DNA from: Macrostomum lignano
Taxonomy: Eukaryota
Length of the DNA stretch: 64,000 bases
Direction: 5' to 3'
Assembly (NCBI GenBank): GCA_002269645.1
Contig: NIVC01003680.1
Location: 19,161 to 83,160 of the forward strand
How positions within the stretch are numbered: the stretch's first letter is position 1; every line of letters begins with the position of its first letter. The position numbers and the translations under genes are program-made. This document shows, piece by piece, positions 28,495 through 41,300 of this stretch. The notes beneath the pieces were generated by a model. That model saw only the letters and a program-made list of their open reading frames with translations, was not told the DNA's origin and searched no databases.

Positions 28495-31365
28495 AACTTT
28501 TACATGACGCTTCTATGATTGTTTACATGACGCTTCTATGATTGTTTACATGACGCTTCTATGATTTTTATATGACGCTTCTATGATTGTTTACATGACG
28601 CTTCTATGATTTTTTAAATTACGCTTCTATGATTTTTAAATGACGCTTCTATAATTTTTAAATGACGCTTCTATGATTGTTTACATGACGCTTCTATGAT
28701 TTTTTAAATGACGCTTCTATGATTGTTTACATGACGCTTCTATGATCTTTTAAATGACGCTTCTATGATTGTTTACATGACGCTTTTATGATTTTTTAAA
28801 TGACGCTTCTATGATTTTTATATGACGCTTCTATGATTGTTTACATGACGCTTCTATGATTTTTTAAATTACGCTTCTATGATTTTTAAATGACGCTTCT
28901 ATGATTTTTAAATGACGCTTTTATGATTGTTTACATGACGCTTCTATGATTTTTTACATGACGCTTCTATGATTTTTTACATGACGCTTCTACGATTTTT
29001 TACATGACGCTTCTATGATTGTTTACATGACGCTTCTATGATTGTTTACATGACGCTTCTATGATTTTTTAAATTACGCTTCTATGATTTTTAAATGACG
29101 CTTCTATGATTTTTAAATGACGCTTCTATGATTGTTTACATGACGCTTCTGTGATTTTTTAAATGACGCTTCTATGATTTTTATATGACGCTTCTACGAT
29201 TTTTTACATGACGCTTCTATGATTGTTAAAATGACGCTTCTATGATTTTTTACATGACGCTTCTACGATTTTTTAAATGACGCTTCTATGATTGTTTACA
29301 TGACGCTTCTATGATTTTTTAAATGACGCTTCTATGATTGTTTACATGACGCTTCTATGATTGTTTACATGACGCTTCTATGATTTTTTAAATGACGCTT
29401 CTATGATTTTTTACATGACGCTTCTACGATTTTTTACATGACGCTTCTATGATTGTTTACATGACGCTTCTATGATTGTTTACATGACGCTTCTATGATT
29501 GTTTACATGACGCTTCTATGATTGTTTACATGACGCTTCTATGATTGTTTACATGACGCTTCTATAATTTTTTACATGACGCTTCTATGAGTTTTTAAAT
29601 GACGCTTCTATGATTTTTATATGACGCTTCTACGATTTTTTACATGACGCTTCTATGATTGTTTACATGACGCTTCTATGATTTTTTACATGACGCTTCT
29701 ATGATTGTTTACATGACGCTTCTATGATTTTTTAAATTACGCTTCTATGATTTTTAAATGACGCTTCTATGATTTTTTAACTGACGCTTCTATGATTGTT
29801 TACATGACGCTTCTATGATTTTTTAAATGACGCTTCTATGATCTTTTAAATGACGCTTCTATGATTGTTTACATGACGCTTTTATGATTGTTTACATGAC
29901 GCTTCTATGATTGTTTACATGACGCTTTTATGATTGTTCACATGACGCTTCTATAATTTTTTACATGACGCTTCTATGATTTTTTAAATGACGCTTCTAT
30001 GATTTTTATATGACGCTTCTATGATTGTTTACATGACGCTTCTATGATTTTTTAAATTACGCTTCTATGATTTTTAAATGACGCTTCTATGATTTTTTAC
30101 ATGACGCTTCTATGATTGTTTACATGACGCTTCTGTGATTTTTTAAATGACGCTTCTATGATTGTTTACATGACGCTTCTATGATTGTTTACATGACGCT
30201 TCTATGATTGTTTACATGACGCTTTTATGATTGTTCACATGACGCTTCTATAATTTTTTACATGACGCTTCTATGAGTTTTTAAATGACGCTTCTATGAT
30301 TTTTATATGACGCTTCTACGATTTTTTACATGACGCTTCTATGATTGTTTACATGACGCTTCTATGATTTTTTACATGACGCTTCTATGATTGTTTACAT
30401 GACGCTTCTATGATTGTTTACATGACGCTTCTATGATTGTTTACATGACGCTTCTATAATTTTTTACATGACGCTTCTATGAGTTTTTAAATGACGCTTC
30501 TATGATTTTTTAAATGACGCTTCTATGATTTTTTAAATGACGCTTCTATGATTGTTTACATGACGCTTCTATGATTTTTTACATGACGCTTCTATGATTT
30601 TTTAAATGACGCTTCTATGATTGTTTACATGACGCTTCTATGATTTTTTAAATGACGCTTCTATGATTGTTTACATGACGCTTCTATGATTTTTTAAATG
30701 ACGCTTCTATGATTTTTTAAATGACGCTTCTATGATTGTTTACATGACGCTTCTATGATTTTTTAAATGACGCTTCTATGATTGTTTACATGACGCTTCT
30801 ATGATCTTTTAAATGACGCTTCTATGATTGTTTACATGACGCTTTTATGATTGTTTACATGACGCTTCTATGATTTTTTACATGACGCTTCTATGAGTTT
30901 TTAAATGACGCTTCTATGATTTTTATATGACGCTTCTACGATTTTTTACATGACGCTTCTATGATTGTTTACATGACGCTTCTATGATTGTTTACATGAC
31001 GCTTCTATGATTGTTTACATGACGCTTCTATGATTTTTTAAATTACGCTTCTATGATTTTTTAAATGACGCTTCTATGATTGTTTACATGACGCTTCTAT
31101 GATTTTTTAAATGACGCTTCTATGATTTTTTAAATGACGCTTCTATGATTGTTTACATGACGCTTTTATGATTGTTTACATGACGCTTCTATGATTTTTT
31201 AAATTACGCTTCTATGATTTTTAAATGACGCTTCTATGATTTTTTAACTGACGCTTCTATGATTGTTTACATGACGCTTCTATGATTTTTTAAATGACGC
31301 TTCTATGATCTTTTAAATGACGCTTCTATGATTGTTTACATGACGCTTTTATGATTGTTTACATG
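28495..31365. repeat. ~2.9-kb satellite, 22-23-bp unit CATGACGCTTCTATGATTGTTTA
   Basis: More than 120 units with recurring variant blocks. Confidence 0.98.
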
Positions 31366-32157
31366 ATAAACAATAATAAACATGTATGATTTTTTACATG
31401 ACGCCTTTTGTCCTTTATTTGTCCTTGAATAAAAGCTTTTAATAAAAAACTTTTCACTACTAAAATTCGAACCCAGGTCGCTGCATTTGCAGTCCAGTCT
31501 GTTCACATCTAGGCAAGCTCTTATCGAATTTATAAATGAAATTGTAGCGCTTATATAATTCAACACTCACTCACGAAGCAGTTATGACATAATCAATTTC
31601 CCAGGCAAGTCAGTATCAGTCTCAATTAAAGTTGAGAATATGGTTACGCAATCTAAATCAAGTCTGGTGCTACGCTTCCACACTGCATTTTCAATACTGT
31701 GACGCAATTCAAGTTGGAGTTACAATTCAGTTATGATGCAATCTATTTCAGAATCAGAATTCAACCAGTCAGTTTTTTCTCTAGCATTATTACAATGCAT
31801 TTCAAGTCGAAAAGTTTGCTTGACCTTTGCAAAAAAGCATGTTTTCGAATATTTAATCGCTTTAACATGGAGCAATTTCTTAGCCAAGATGCATGTACCG
31901 TCACGGGAAAATTTCTGATCGAACAGTGCAAGTTCGAAGAAAATCGGTCCAACCATTTTTTCTCTAATCGATTGCGTACAAGCAAACAAGCAAGATTTTC
32001 ATTTTTAGTATATAGGAAGCTTGCAGGCGTAAACAACTTGCTAATTGGTTTAGCCGTAATGTACGATAGCCAGCGCCCCTGGCTAGGCGCGGCTAAACGT
32101 TTTGTTGAAAGGCGTGGCGTGGTTGGAGGATTTAAGCTAGGGGTGGTTGGTTAAGAG

Positions 32158-32520
32158 CACAGACTAAAATAACTGGATGGGCCACTCAGGCATATATAGT
32201 AAAACAGCTTTCTACTTTCAGTTCAGTAGCAAAGAATGAATGTATCAGCTAATCTTTAAAAATAAAGGCAACTGAAATGTCTGATAAGTTTAGAATCCAA
32301 GCTTTCAGGCGTAAACAACTTGCTACTCGTAATTGGTTCAGCAATAATGTACATTAGCCAGTCCACTGGCATGTACATGGCAGCTTTAGGCTGGAATTCC
32401 GAGAAAGGCGATAAAAATCGGGGTGGGGCGGGGGTAGGTTTTGTGTGGAAAGGCGTGGTTGGAGGGTTTAAGCTGAGGGGGTGGGGCCAATAAATGAGCC
32501 TTGGCATTAAAAAATTCGTT
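32158..32520 (+). mobile_element. Truncated copy of the MITE family seen intact at 59462-59906
   Basis: Colinear similarity (ATAACTGGATGGGCCACTCAGG...CAGTTCAGTAGCAAAG...GCGTAAACAACTTGCT...GAATTCCGAGAAAGGC). An older copy lies at about 27228-27385 and a partial internal duplicate at 32015-32150. Confidence 0.75.
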
Positions 32521-33284
32521 AATATGAGTAAGACTTTAAGAAAGACCAGTGTGTTGTAATATTATTCTGCACTCTATTCAGTCACCAATCACCATAAAAA
32601 ATGACACGTGTATTTAAATATATTATATAGACCTGAATTAGTTTGATACATATTGCAGGTCGTAATAGAAATCAAAACAAACATCGAATGATCAAAAAAT
32701 TAAACAAATGAACTATAAAAAATATCGAATAATGGAATTCAAAACATTAAAACAACAGCTTTAACTCCAACAAAGAAAATTTTTACACAAGGCAATTCAA
32801 CACTGATAAAAATATGCCTAATCGAAAATCATGTTTTATACTACTGACAGTAGGCCTAGCTAAAAGTTTTACTCTATAAACTCATATAGAAGCGCAGATT
32901 TTGAAATCACCCAGCTTTTTTTAGCAAAAAAAAACAAAAAAATCGCTATGGCCGTTGGTAGTAGTAAGGTGAAATTTTTACTTTTTGTAATAGTGACAAT
33001 GTTTTAGTAGATTTTTAAACCCTGTATTATTTCTAATCTTGAACTCAACCCCCTACCCTAGTTTATTGACAACCCGTTTGAGCCATGAGCCCCACTGACT
33101 GTTTTGGTATCAAACTCAAATTAGAGAGAGTTTTCTCAACATTCTCTCGCCATCTCTCCGCCGCTGTCAACTTTTGAACCATTCTGCTGGATCACTCTAC
33201 CTGAATAACCATAGACAGACAGATTAAGAGAGATTGCAGTTCCCCCCCCCCCAATACAGCACGACCAGCATGCCATCATATTTC

Positions 33285-33555
33285 ACAAAAACTCCACGAG
33301 CTTCGCGATCAAAGGGAGACATTTTATCTCGCGATGGACCTCGTGCTGCCAGATCATGGTAACTTTCTATTTGGGAGGACACACTGCACCGCTGGCCATG
33401 ATCTGGTCCGCGAGATCATCAACAGGTTTTTCAATTGCACGTCCAAGATGCTAACAAAGCAGATCAATCAAGCTGAGACAAACTCACAGGTGGGAAGCAT
33501 TGATTTTGATGCGTGGTGCCCACTAACAATTTTTCGCATAGCCAGACTGGTGTAA
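33285..33555 (+). pseudogene. Possible remnant of a P-element/THAP9-like transposase C-terminus
   Basis: The segment GRTHCTAGHDLVREIINRFFNCTSKMLTKQINQ resembles the H-C-x-x-GHDL...FFNC..K pattern I associate with such C-termini. No upstream transposase ORF. Confidence 0.3.
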
Positions 33556-33972
33556 CTGGCCTGGCAAAAGTGAGATTCATTTAGTTTTATTGCTGGATTC
33601 TTTCTTTGCTAGCCAGACATTTCTGAATTGTGCTTACAGTTTTCGTTTCTTTTTGTTTGCTCTTTGTAAAGTTTCTCAATACAGTTTATAAGCCATTTAT
33701 TCTTGCTCTGCTTGCTTGACATACTCCTGTGCCTACTTGTGATACATTTAGAAATTGATATAATTTCAACGTCTTCTTATGTCGCGTTTCATTCCTCTGA
33801 TTTTTTTATTGTTTCAGAACTTTGAAATACGATCCTTCTTTTTGAATGCTCTGTGTGTTTAGGTCGCACGCTTGCGATCTCTAATCTTGGCCTCATCTTG
33901 TATAGCTGATATTTTAGTTGTCATTCCAGTTGCTAGATTTAGAATTCCTTGGCCCAGTGTATACAAAAAAGG

Positions 33973-34635
33973 TCACGAGTGCGCATCGAACACAGCTGCA
34001 ACAGTAAGCGGCTTGGCCAGGGTCAGGTAGACTCGCCCGCCACTGAGCCAGCTGACGTGGCCGCCGCCCGGGACGCTTGAAGGCGACGCCGAGGACGAAG
34101 ACTGCAGGATGGCGAGTGCATCGAGCAGATCGAAGCCGGCCTGAGACGGTCGAACGCCTGGTGCCGTTGCCAAGGTGACGTGGGCTCGCGAGGCGCGTGG
34201 CAACGATTTTCCAGATGGCATTTCACTTTTTGTAGGCTCGTTGTCCCACAGAGCCAGCTGGCTGGGCGAGAGCTCCGCCCTGGCAACCAGGCTGGAGCCG
34301 GGGCGCAGCAGCAAGCCAGTCAGGCGGATGTCAAATGACCGGCCAATAGAAGCCGCCACTTCTGAGCGCTCTGTGTAGCTTTGGGCATCACATTTGCCAC
34401 AATATTTAGCGGTGATATGAAGCAAAGTGCTAGAGCTTGGAGTGAGGTTAGCATTTCTATCTAATCCAGTTGTCAGGGCAACACTATTAACAAATGCCTG
34501 GGCAAGTTGGACTAGTTGACTGGCTGAACTAGGCTGTAGAAACCAGGCATAGAATGATACATGCGCTGGTTGCCGATTGCTTTGGCGATGGTGCCTCTTT
34601 TTGCCATTGGGAAGTGTTGGCACTGCTGTGGCCAT
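33973..34635 (-). CDS. CNP: 2',3'-cyclic-nucleotide 3'-phosphodiesterase (CNPase)-type 2H phosphoesterase, catalytic domain only, 220 aa, single coding exon
   Basis: Two HxT motifs (LHIT, AHVT) and colinear matches to vertebrate CNPase: FYAWFL (YFGWFL), LHITAKYC (LHCTTKFC), ARAELSPSQLALW (ARVELSEQQLQLW), LPRASRAHVTL (LPRGSRAHITL), QAGFDLLD (QTGLDLLE). Confidence 0.9.
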   Translation of the reverse strand: MATAVPTLPNGKKRHHRQSNRQPAHVSFYAWFLQPSSASQLVQLAQAFVNSVALTTGLDRNANLTPSSSTLLHITAKYCGKCDAQSYTERSEVAASIGRSFDIRLTGLLLRPGSSLVARAELSPSQLALWDNEPTKSEMPSGKSLPRASRAHVTLATAPGVRPSQAGFDLLDALAILQSSSSASPSSVPGGGHVSWLSGGRVYLTLAKPLTVAAVFDAHS

Positions 34636-37600
34636 ATGGCAACATTACTGCAACAAAAATTAATTGGGTTAGGCTATTTCTCAAAGTGATATTAAATCTT
34701 TAACCTTTAGATCATAAAACATGAAGTTTTAAGAATTTAAACTTAAAAATTTCAATCATTAATCACTAACAGTGTTTTTAAGTGTCTATTAGTAAGGGGT
34801 ATTGATGATTATTTAATATATTTAGACTATTAATGAATTAAAAGTTATAATAATCTAAAAATAAAGGCAGTAGGCCTAGGTCTAAAGTCTGTTCGATCAG
34901 ATAGAAAGCCAAAACGAATAAAAATCACAAATTTTGAAATAGAGCAAACAAAATAAAAAGCTAAGCCAAGGTTCTGATGTAAAGATTAAAGCTACAGAAA
35001 AAAACATTACTAGATAGATATACAATAAGAGCCCTAGATTAAATTTTGATACACACTGCCATCGTAGATTCGTAGGGCTATGAAGTAGCTAAAGCAACAT
35101 TTGACTGATGTCTCTAATATTATAATAATGACAATCAAGTCAATATGTCATGTCTGTAATGCAGCACTATGCTTATGTCTGAAGTGTATATAGCTATGCC
35201 AGCCATGCGATTGTACAAAATTTACTTTTTTGCGTCATTATGACCAAGACTTTGGTGACTAAAAATCTTGGCTGGTGTCATATTGAACTGAACAGTAGGA
35301 ACCGTTGGTCCATTAAGTAGGTCCATTGCTGATCCCAGTGAGTAAAATTTTTAATTATCGTTAACAAAAACCAAATCTATGTGTGTACACTTACATTCGA
35401 GTTTCAAGGCAATTCTAACTGGTTAAAATCATATTTTTTGGAGTATATACAGACTAACATGAAAACTTAAAACTGTTAACTTTTTGCATTATAAACTAAC
35501 TAAAAACGTTTTGTTTAACCTTGTGATTTCTATTCAAACATTCAAACAGCAAAGTCTTTTGCAAAACTGCAGCTTTAATTATAAAAAAACGATGTACGTT
35601 ACGTACGTACACCAATTAATTCATTCATTTATGATCTCATAATGCTGCAACACCAGTCTGACTGCATAACAGTGCATAGGCTGGTTCCACTGACTGTGTC
35701 AACTAAACACTGACAGAGTGATACTGAAGCTTTGTCAACTTTAGGAATGGAATATGCTATTGGCATTTGGCATTGTTTTTATTTTGATGGAAATGTTGCA
35801 TTTAAAAAAGAAGTCAAATCCTCTTTTTAGGATCCTCTAACGGCTCTAACTAGCAACTAGGCCTAACTAAAAGAAGCCTAGGCCTACAAACTTCCTTAAT
35901 CTTAATTATTATAATCTGGCCCATACCTTTATTATTGTAATTTTATATTTTCTCCCACAAAAGTTTTGTGCACTAAAATGGAATTTCTTTCCTCAATTGC
36001 CAACTTTTAATGACAAATTAGTAATGAAACACAAACTAGTCACGTAAGTGACTGTTTAAAAACTTTAGACAGACAGCGTATCAGTTCAAAATTTCAAATA
36101 GAATAAAGAGGGGAACTTGCGGCAAAGGAAATTGAGATAGTAGTAGTATAGGCCATTAATGGGAGTACAAATGTTAGTATAGTAAAGACCCAGGCCCCAG
36201 GGGGGCAGTTTCTGGAGGGTAAAGAATTAGGAAGCAGATTCTAGGAGGTAAAGACCCAGGAAGTAGATTCTAGAAGGTAAAGAAAGACCTAGGAGAGAGT
36301 AAAGTAGGCTAACTGGGTTGCAACCTGAACCTGTGGCTTATAACTTTGAATTGAAAAAACCTTATCTGGCCCTTAAGTGGAAAAATGTTTCTGACCCCTG
36401 TCTTAGAACTAGAATTTATAAACTATAATTATTTTTTATTAAAACCCTAGAATATTCTTAGGATAGGCCCTAGCCTAGGTTATGTTACCATGTAACTTTG
36501 GCAAATCAGTTTTTACTAATAGTAAACCAACATTGCCAAAATGTATATAATAGGCCCTATAGCAGGAGTAGGATGGCTGTATATTAGATAACAATCTAAA
36601 CAGTAGGCCTATGGCTGAGCAAGATGTAGGGCAACCCCTAATAGCCATAGACTCCCATTGTCCTTATTGTTAAGAAAGTGTCCACTTCTAGTATATGCCA
36701 GAGTTTTATATATCAATATATACCAAAATTTCAAAATTATACAACCTTACTTTTGAACTTCAAAAAAGGACATTTTTTCATTGCAACAATCAAAGCCCTT
36801 TTGTATTGTTACATTTGTCATTTGATATATATATATACATTATAATAAAAAATTTTTTGTCTATTGCTCATTTACAACAACTTTTAATATAATTACATAA
36901 AGTTATAATATCTAAATTCTTTTTTTAAAATAGCATTGTCATATTCAATTAATATTTTTTGTTCGTATTCTTATCACCTTTTAACCACTATCTTTTTCTT
37001 TGAAATATTCTACCTTTTGTTATAGAAACTAGTAGATATATACACAAAATTTCAAATAGCTTTGTATACTATTTTTTGTATGCAAAATATAGCTTTTTAA
37101 GATTTAAGCATAATAGTATACCAAATATATACGCCAAAGAAATATAAAAGGCTAATGTATGCTAGAAAATTCTGGCATATAGGGCACCTTGACTATGGCA
37201 ATAGTCCTATAGTATAATATTTCAACAATTTTCTTATTCAACATTTTAAGAATTAAAAATAGATAAAGTAATTTATTTTACAAATAATACAAGTAAACAA
37301 TAGGCTAACTTAATAGAATATGAAAAGTTAGAAAATTTTCATACTAGTATTAGTATTAGACTACTTTAAAAGAAGTATATACAGTAAAATAATCTTAATA
37401 TAAGAGTATTGGAATTGTTTGTCTACTAGTATTATACAATCAAAACTTTTTTGTAAGAGATAATGCAATCTCTAACAAAAAAGATTATTCAATAAACCCA
37501 TAGTGGCTAATCCTTGGCAATGTCCAAATGGAAGTTTTATGCAAGTCTATTTAAAAAGGCATACAAGTCAATAAAGAGACAATATTTTTTTAGAAATCAA

Positions 37601-38390
37601 GATAGTTTACTCAAAGTTAGCCCTACCATTAATGTTTTATTATAGTTAGTTGCCTTGATTATGCTATTTTGAAATAGATATTGTGCTAAGTAATAATCCA
37701 AGTAGAAAATCTAGGTCTAACCCAATGTGTCATCAATGCATTCTAGATCTAAAACTTATGGTATTATTGTGACCATAGAATGCACTAGTTGTGTAAGAAA
37801 CTTAATTCATCCATATTATTTGCTGATGGCTAATTATCATAGCTAGGCAAAGTTTTTTATTTGAAACCAAGAGGAGACTAGTATTATAGCTAGTGGACTT
37901 TATCAATGCAAGATTTAGGACATAAAATACAAAGCATGCATCAAATACTTGGGCTTGAACATATACCAACATGTGCTCCTTGTGAAAAAAGGCATATTGT
38001 AAGTTGAATGGAAGCAATAGATTACTTGTAGATGCCATATTGAAAGTAAAATTTCATTTTTTGTCAATGACTCTACCCTGCACTGACTGACTGACAGTGT
38101 GTAAGTCTGCTGACTCCATGTCTACAGAAGAATAAAAATTGAAAATTGAAAAACCTCTTGTAAAAGTGTACTCCCCAGAATCCAAGAGTAAAATTATTGA
38201 TCCTTTATGTAAACTATGAATTACAAAAATATGGACGCTAGATTTAAAAGTTGTTTCATAATGCGCTATTGACACAGACCTAGATTTCATTATAGGCTAG
38301 CAAATTAATTGATATCTAATTGCTTTCATAAATGAATTAAATGTTGACTGACTTATTAAGCATTAAGGATGCAATTAAAAATGCTATTGC

Positions 38391-41300
38391 ATGTCGCATG
38401 CCTCTTTCATGTCGGGCTCCGGCGACCTACTATTGACTGCCACTATGCAGCTGGGCGTCGGCAGTCGGGTTGTCCGCGGGCCCCACTGGAAATGGGCCAA
38501 ACAGGACGGCGGCGAGGGCAGCGTTGGCACTGTGCGCAATTTCGAAAGCCCAGAAGAAGTCGTTGTAGTTTGGGACAATGGCACCGCCGCTAATTATCGC
38601 TGCTCAGGCGCCTATGACCTGCGCGTCCTTGACAACGGGCCAGCTGGCGTTGTACACGAGGACTGTTTCAGCTGCGACGAGTGCGGCGCCAGGCCGCTGT
38701 ATGGCGTCCGATGGGCCTGCGCCGATTGCAACGGCGTATCCCTGTGCTCAGCCTGCTATCACGGCGACAAGCACTCCACTAGGCACAGATTCTTTCAATT
38801 TGTGCACCCGCTAGCCGAGCCAGTCTGGTGCGACTCCCGCCGGCGAGCTAAGAAATACACCTGCCGAGGCCTGTTCCCCGGCGCTAGGGTTGTACGCGGC
38901 GTCGACTGGCAATGGGAGGATCAGGACGGCGGCAGTGGGAAGCGGGGCAAGGTCACCGAGGTGCAGGACTGGTGCCCGGATGCGCCGAGGTCGGCCGCCT
39001 ACGTGCTCTGGGATAGCGGAGTTAAAAATCTCTATAGGGTTGGCTACGAGGGCATGGTTGACCTGCGAGTGGTGTCCGAGGCTAAAGCATTCGCCTATTA
39101 TAGAGACCATCTGCCGCTGCTAGGTAAGGCAGATGTAGCTCCTAATGTGTGCAAATAGGAAACATTGAGAATCGCAATTCAGCTTTTTTAAACAAATATG
39201 CTCGTATATGCCACGTCTAGAACCCTTGTAGCCACCTCAATAATCTCCATCTAGCCATCTCAGTAATCTCCCTCTAGCCACCTTGTAGCCACCTCAATAA
39301 TCTCCATCTAGCCATCTCAGTAATCTCCCTCTAGCCACCTCAATAATCTCCCTCTAGCCAGCTCAGTAATCTCCCTCTAGCCACCTCAATAATCTCCCTC
39401 TAGCCATCTCAGTAATCTCCCTCTAGCCACCTCAATGATCTCCCTCTAGCTATCTCAGTAATCTCCCTCTAGCCACCTCAATAATCTCCCTCTAGCCACC
39501 TCAGTAATCTCCCTCTAGCCACCTCAATAATCTCCCTCTAGCCACCTCAGTAATCTCCCTCTAGCCACCTCAATAATCTCCCTCTAGCCATCTCAGTAAT
39601 CTCCCTCTAGCCACCTCAATAATCTCCCTCTAGCCATCTCAGTAATCTCCCTCTAGCCACCTCAATAATCTCTCTCTAGCCATCTCAGTAATCTCCCTCT
39701 AGCCACCTCAATAATCTCCCTCTAGCCAGCTCAGTAATCTCCCTCTAGCCATCTCAATAATCTCCCTCTAGCTATCTCAGTAATCTCCCTCTAGCTATCT
39801 CAGTAATCTCCCTCTAGCCACCTCAATAATCTCCCTCTAGCCATCTCAGTAATCTCCCTCTAGCCACCTCAATGATCTCCCTCTAGCTATCTCAGTAATC
39901 TCTCTCTAGCCACCTCAATAATCTCCCTCTAGCCATCTCAGTAATCTCTCTCTAGCCACCTCAATAATCTCCCTCTAGCCAGCTCAATGATCTCCCTCTA
40001 GTCATCTCAGTAATCTCCCTCTAGCCATCAAAAGAATAGTCTCATTTATTGATTTTTAGAATCCTGTATATCCTCCTCGGTTACCACTTATTTACTTACT
40101 GTATTGAAAATTAAGTTTAATGCAACATACCTACTGAAAGTAGTCTAATGCTTATATAATCCCTCATTTTAAATTCAACTGTTTCCATAGGCGAAATAAA
40201 CCGGCCGCCCAACTCGGACAACTCGGCAGCGTCGTCCACCTCGGCCAGTCTGGAGCTGGGCGGCGGCTCCGGCGGTTGTCCTGGCGCCTGTCCCCACATG
40301 GAGCTGTGCGCGTTCCAGCCGGGCGACCGGGTTCGCGTCGCCGTGTCCACCGATACGCTTCAACGCCTTCAGAGAACCCACGGCGGCTGGTCCCCGGCCA
40401 TGTCCGAATGCGTCGACACTGTCGGCTCTATCGTTGGCGTGGACGAAGACGGCGACGCTGTGGTCTCTTATCCCAGCGGCAACCGGTGGACGCTGAACCC
40501 GGCCGCTCTCTGCCTCATCCCGGACCCGTCCGCTTCCGCCCGAAGGCTTCGCGCCGCAGTTGGTGGCGGCGGCGGCGGAGGAAGCGGCGCGGATGGAGGC
40601 GCCAGTTCCGTTTACGCTACGACGCTGCTGCCAGTGACGCCGAATCTGCCGCAGTCGGTGCCGCTGGCGCTGTCGCCAGGCGATTTGGTCCGAGTGCTGG
40701 CGACGACGTCCAGCGGCTCCGACCAGCAGCAGCAGTTGCTGGGCAACGGTCGGGGTCGGGTTGGTCGCGTTGTCCGAGTGCGCTCCGATGGAGACGTTCA
40801 GGTTCGGGCCTTGTTTAGTTGCGTATATCGTATTATTACTACTGATAGTACTATGGGTCAGAGTTCCGTAGCTCAGCGGTTAAAAAAGTACCCTGGGTTC
40901 GATTCCGTGCGATTCACGAGTCAACACTAATAGACACCGGGTGTACATGTGCACATGCCTGATGTTGAGAAAATCAACGCCGCTGTACACCCTGTGTGAG
41001 CGCATGCCAACGTACTTTTTCGTGTGCGTTCTCAGGGTCAGCGGAATCGGCATGACCGGCTTCCGGGTTGCTAGGGTTCTATTTCTGGTTGCTAGGGTTC
41101 TATTTCTGGTTGCAAGGATTCTACTTCTGGTTGCTAGGGTTCTATTTCTGGTTGCTAGGATTCTATTTCTGGTTGCTAGGGTTCTATTTCTGCTGGTTGC
41201 TAGGGTTCTATTTCTGCTGGTTGCTAGGGTTCTATTTCTGGTTGCTAGGGTTCTATTTCTGCTGGTTGCTAGGGTTCTATTTCTGCTGGTCGCTAGGGTT

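Noticed and set aside
31455-31520. Minus-strand GGACTGCAAAT…GGTTCGAAT considered as a tRNA-Cys gene
   Set aside because: No A box or acceptor stem; at best a SINE or pseudo-tRNA fragment. The other A/B-box hits are likewise SINE heads, so no tRNA gene is called.
31699-32154. 151-aa ORF with a SOCS-box-like SLLDLCKKAC
   Set aside because: Alternative start codon, AT-rich composition, runs into MITE-related sequence, and has no other support.
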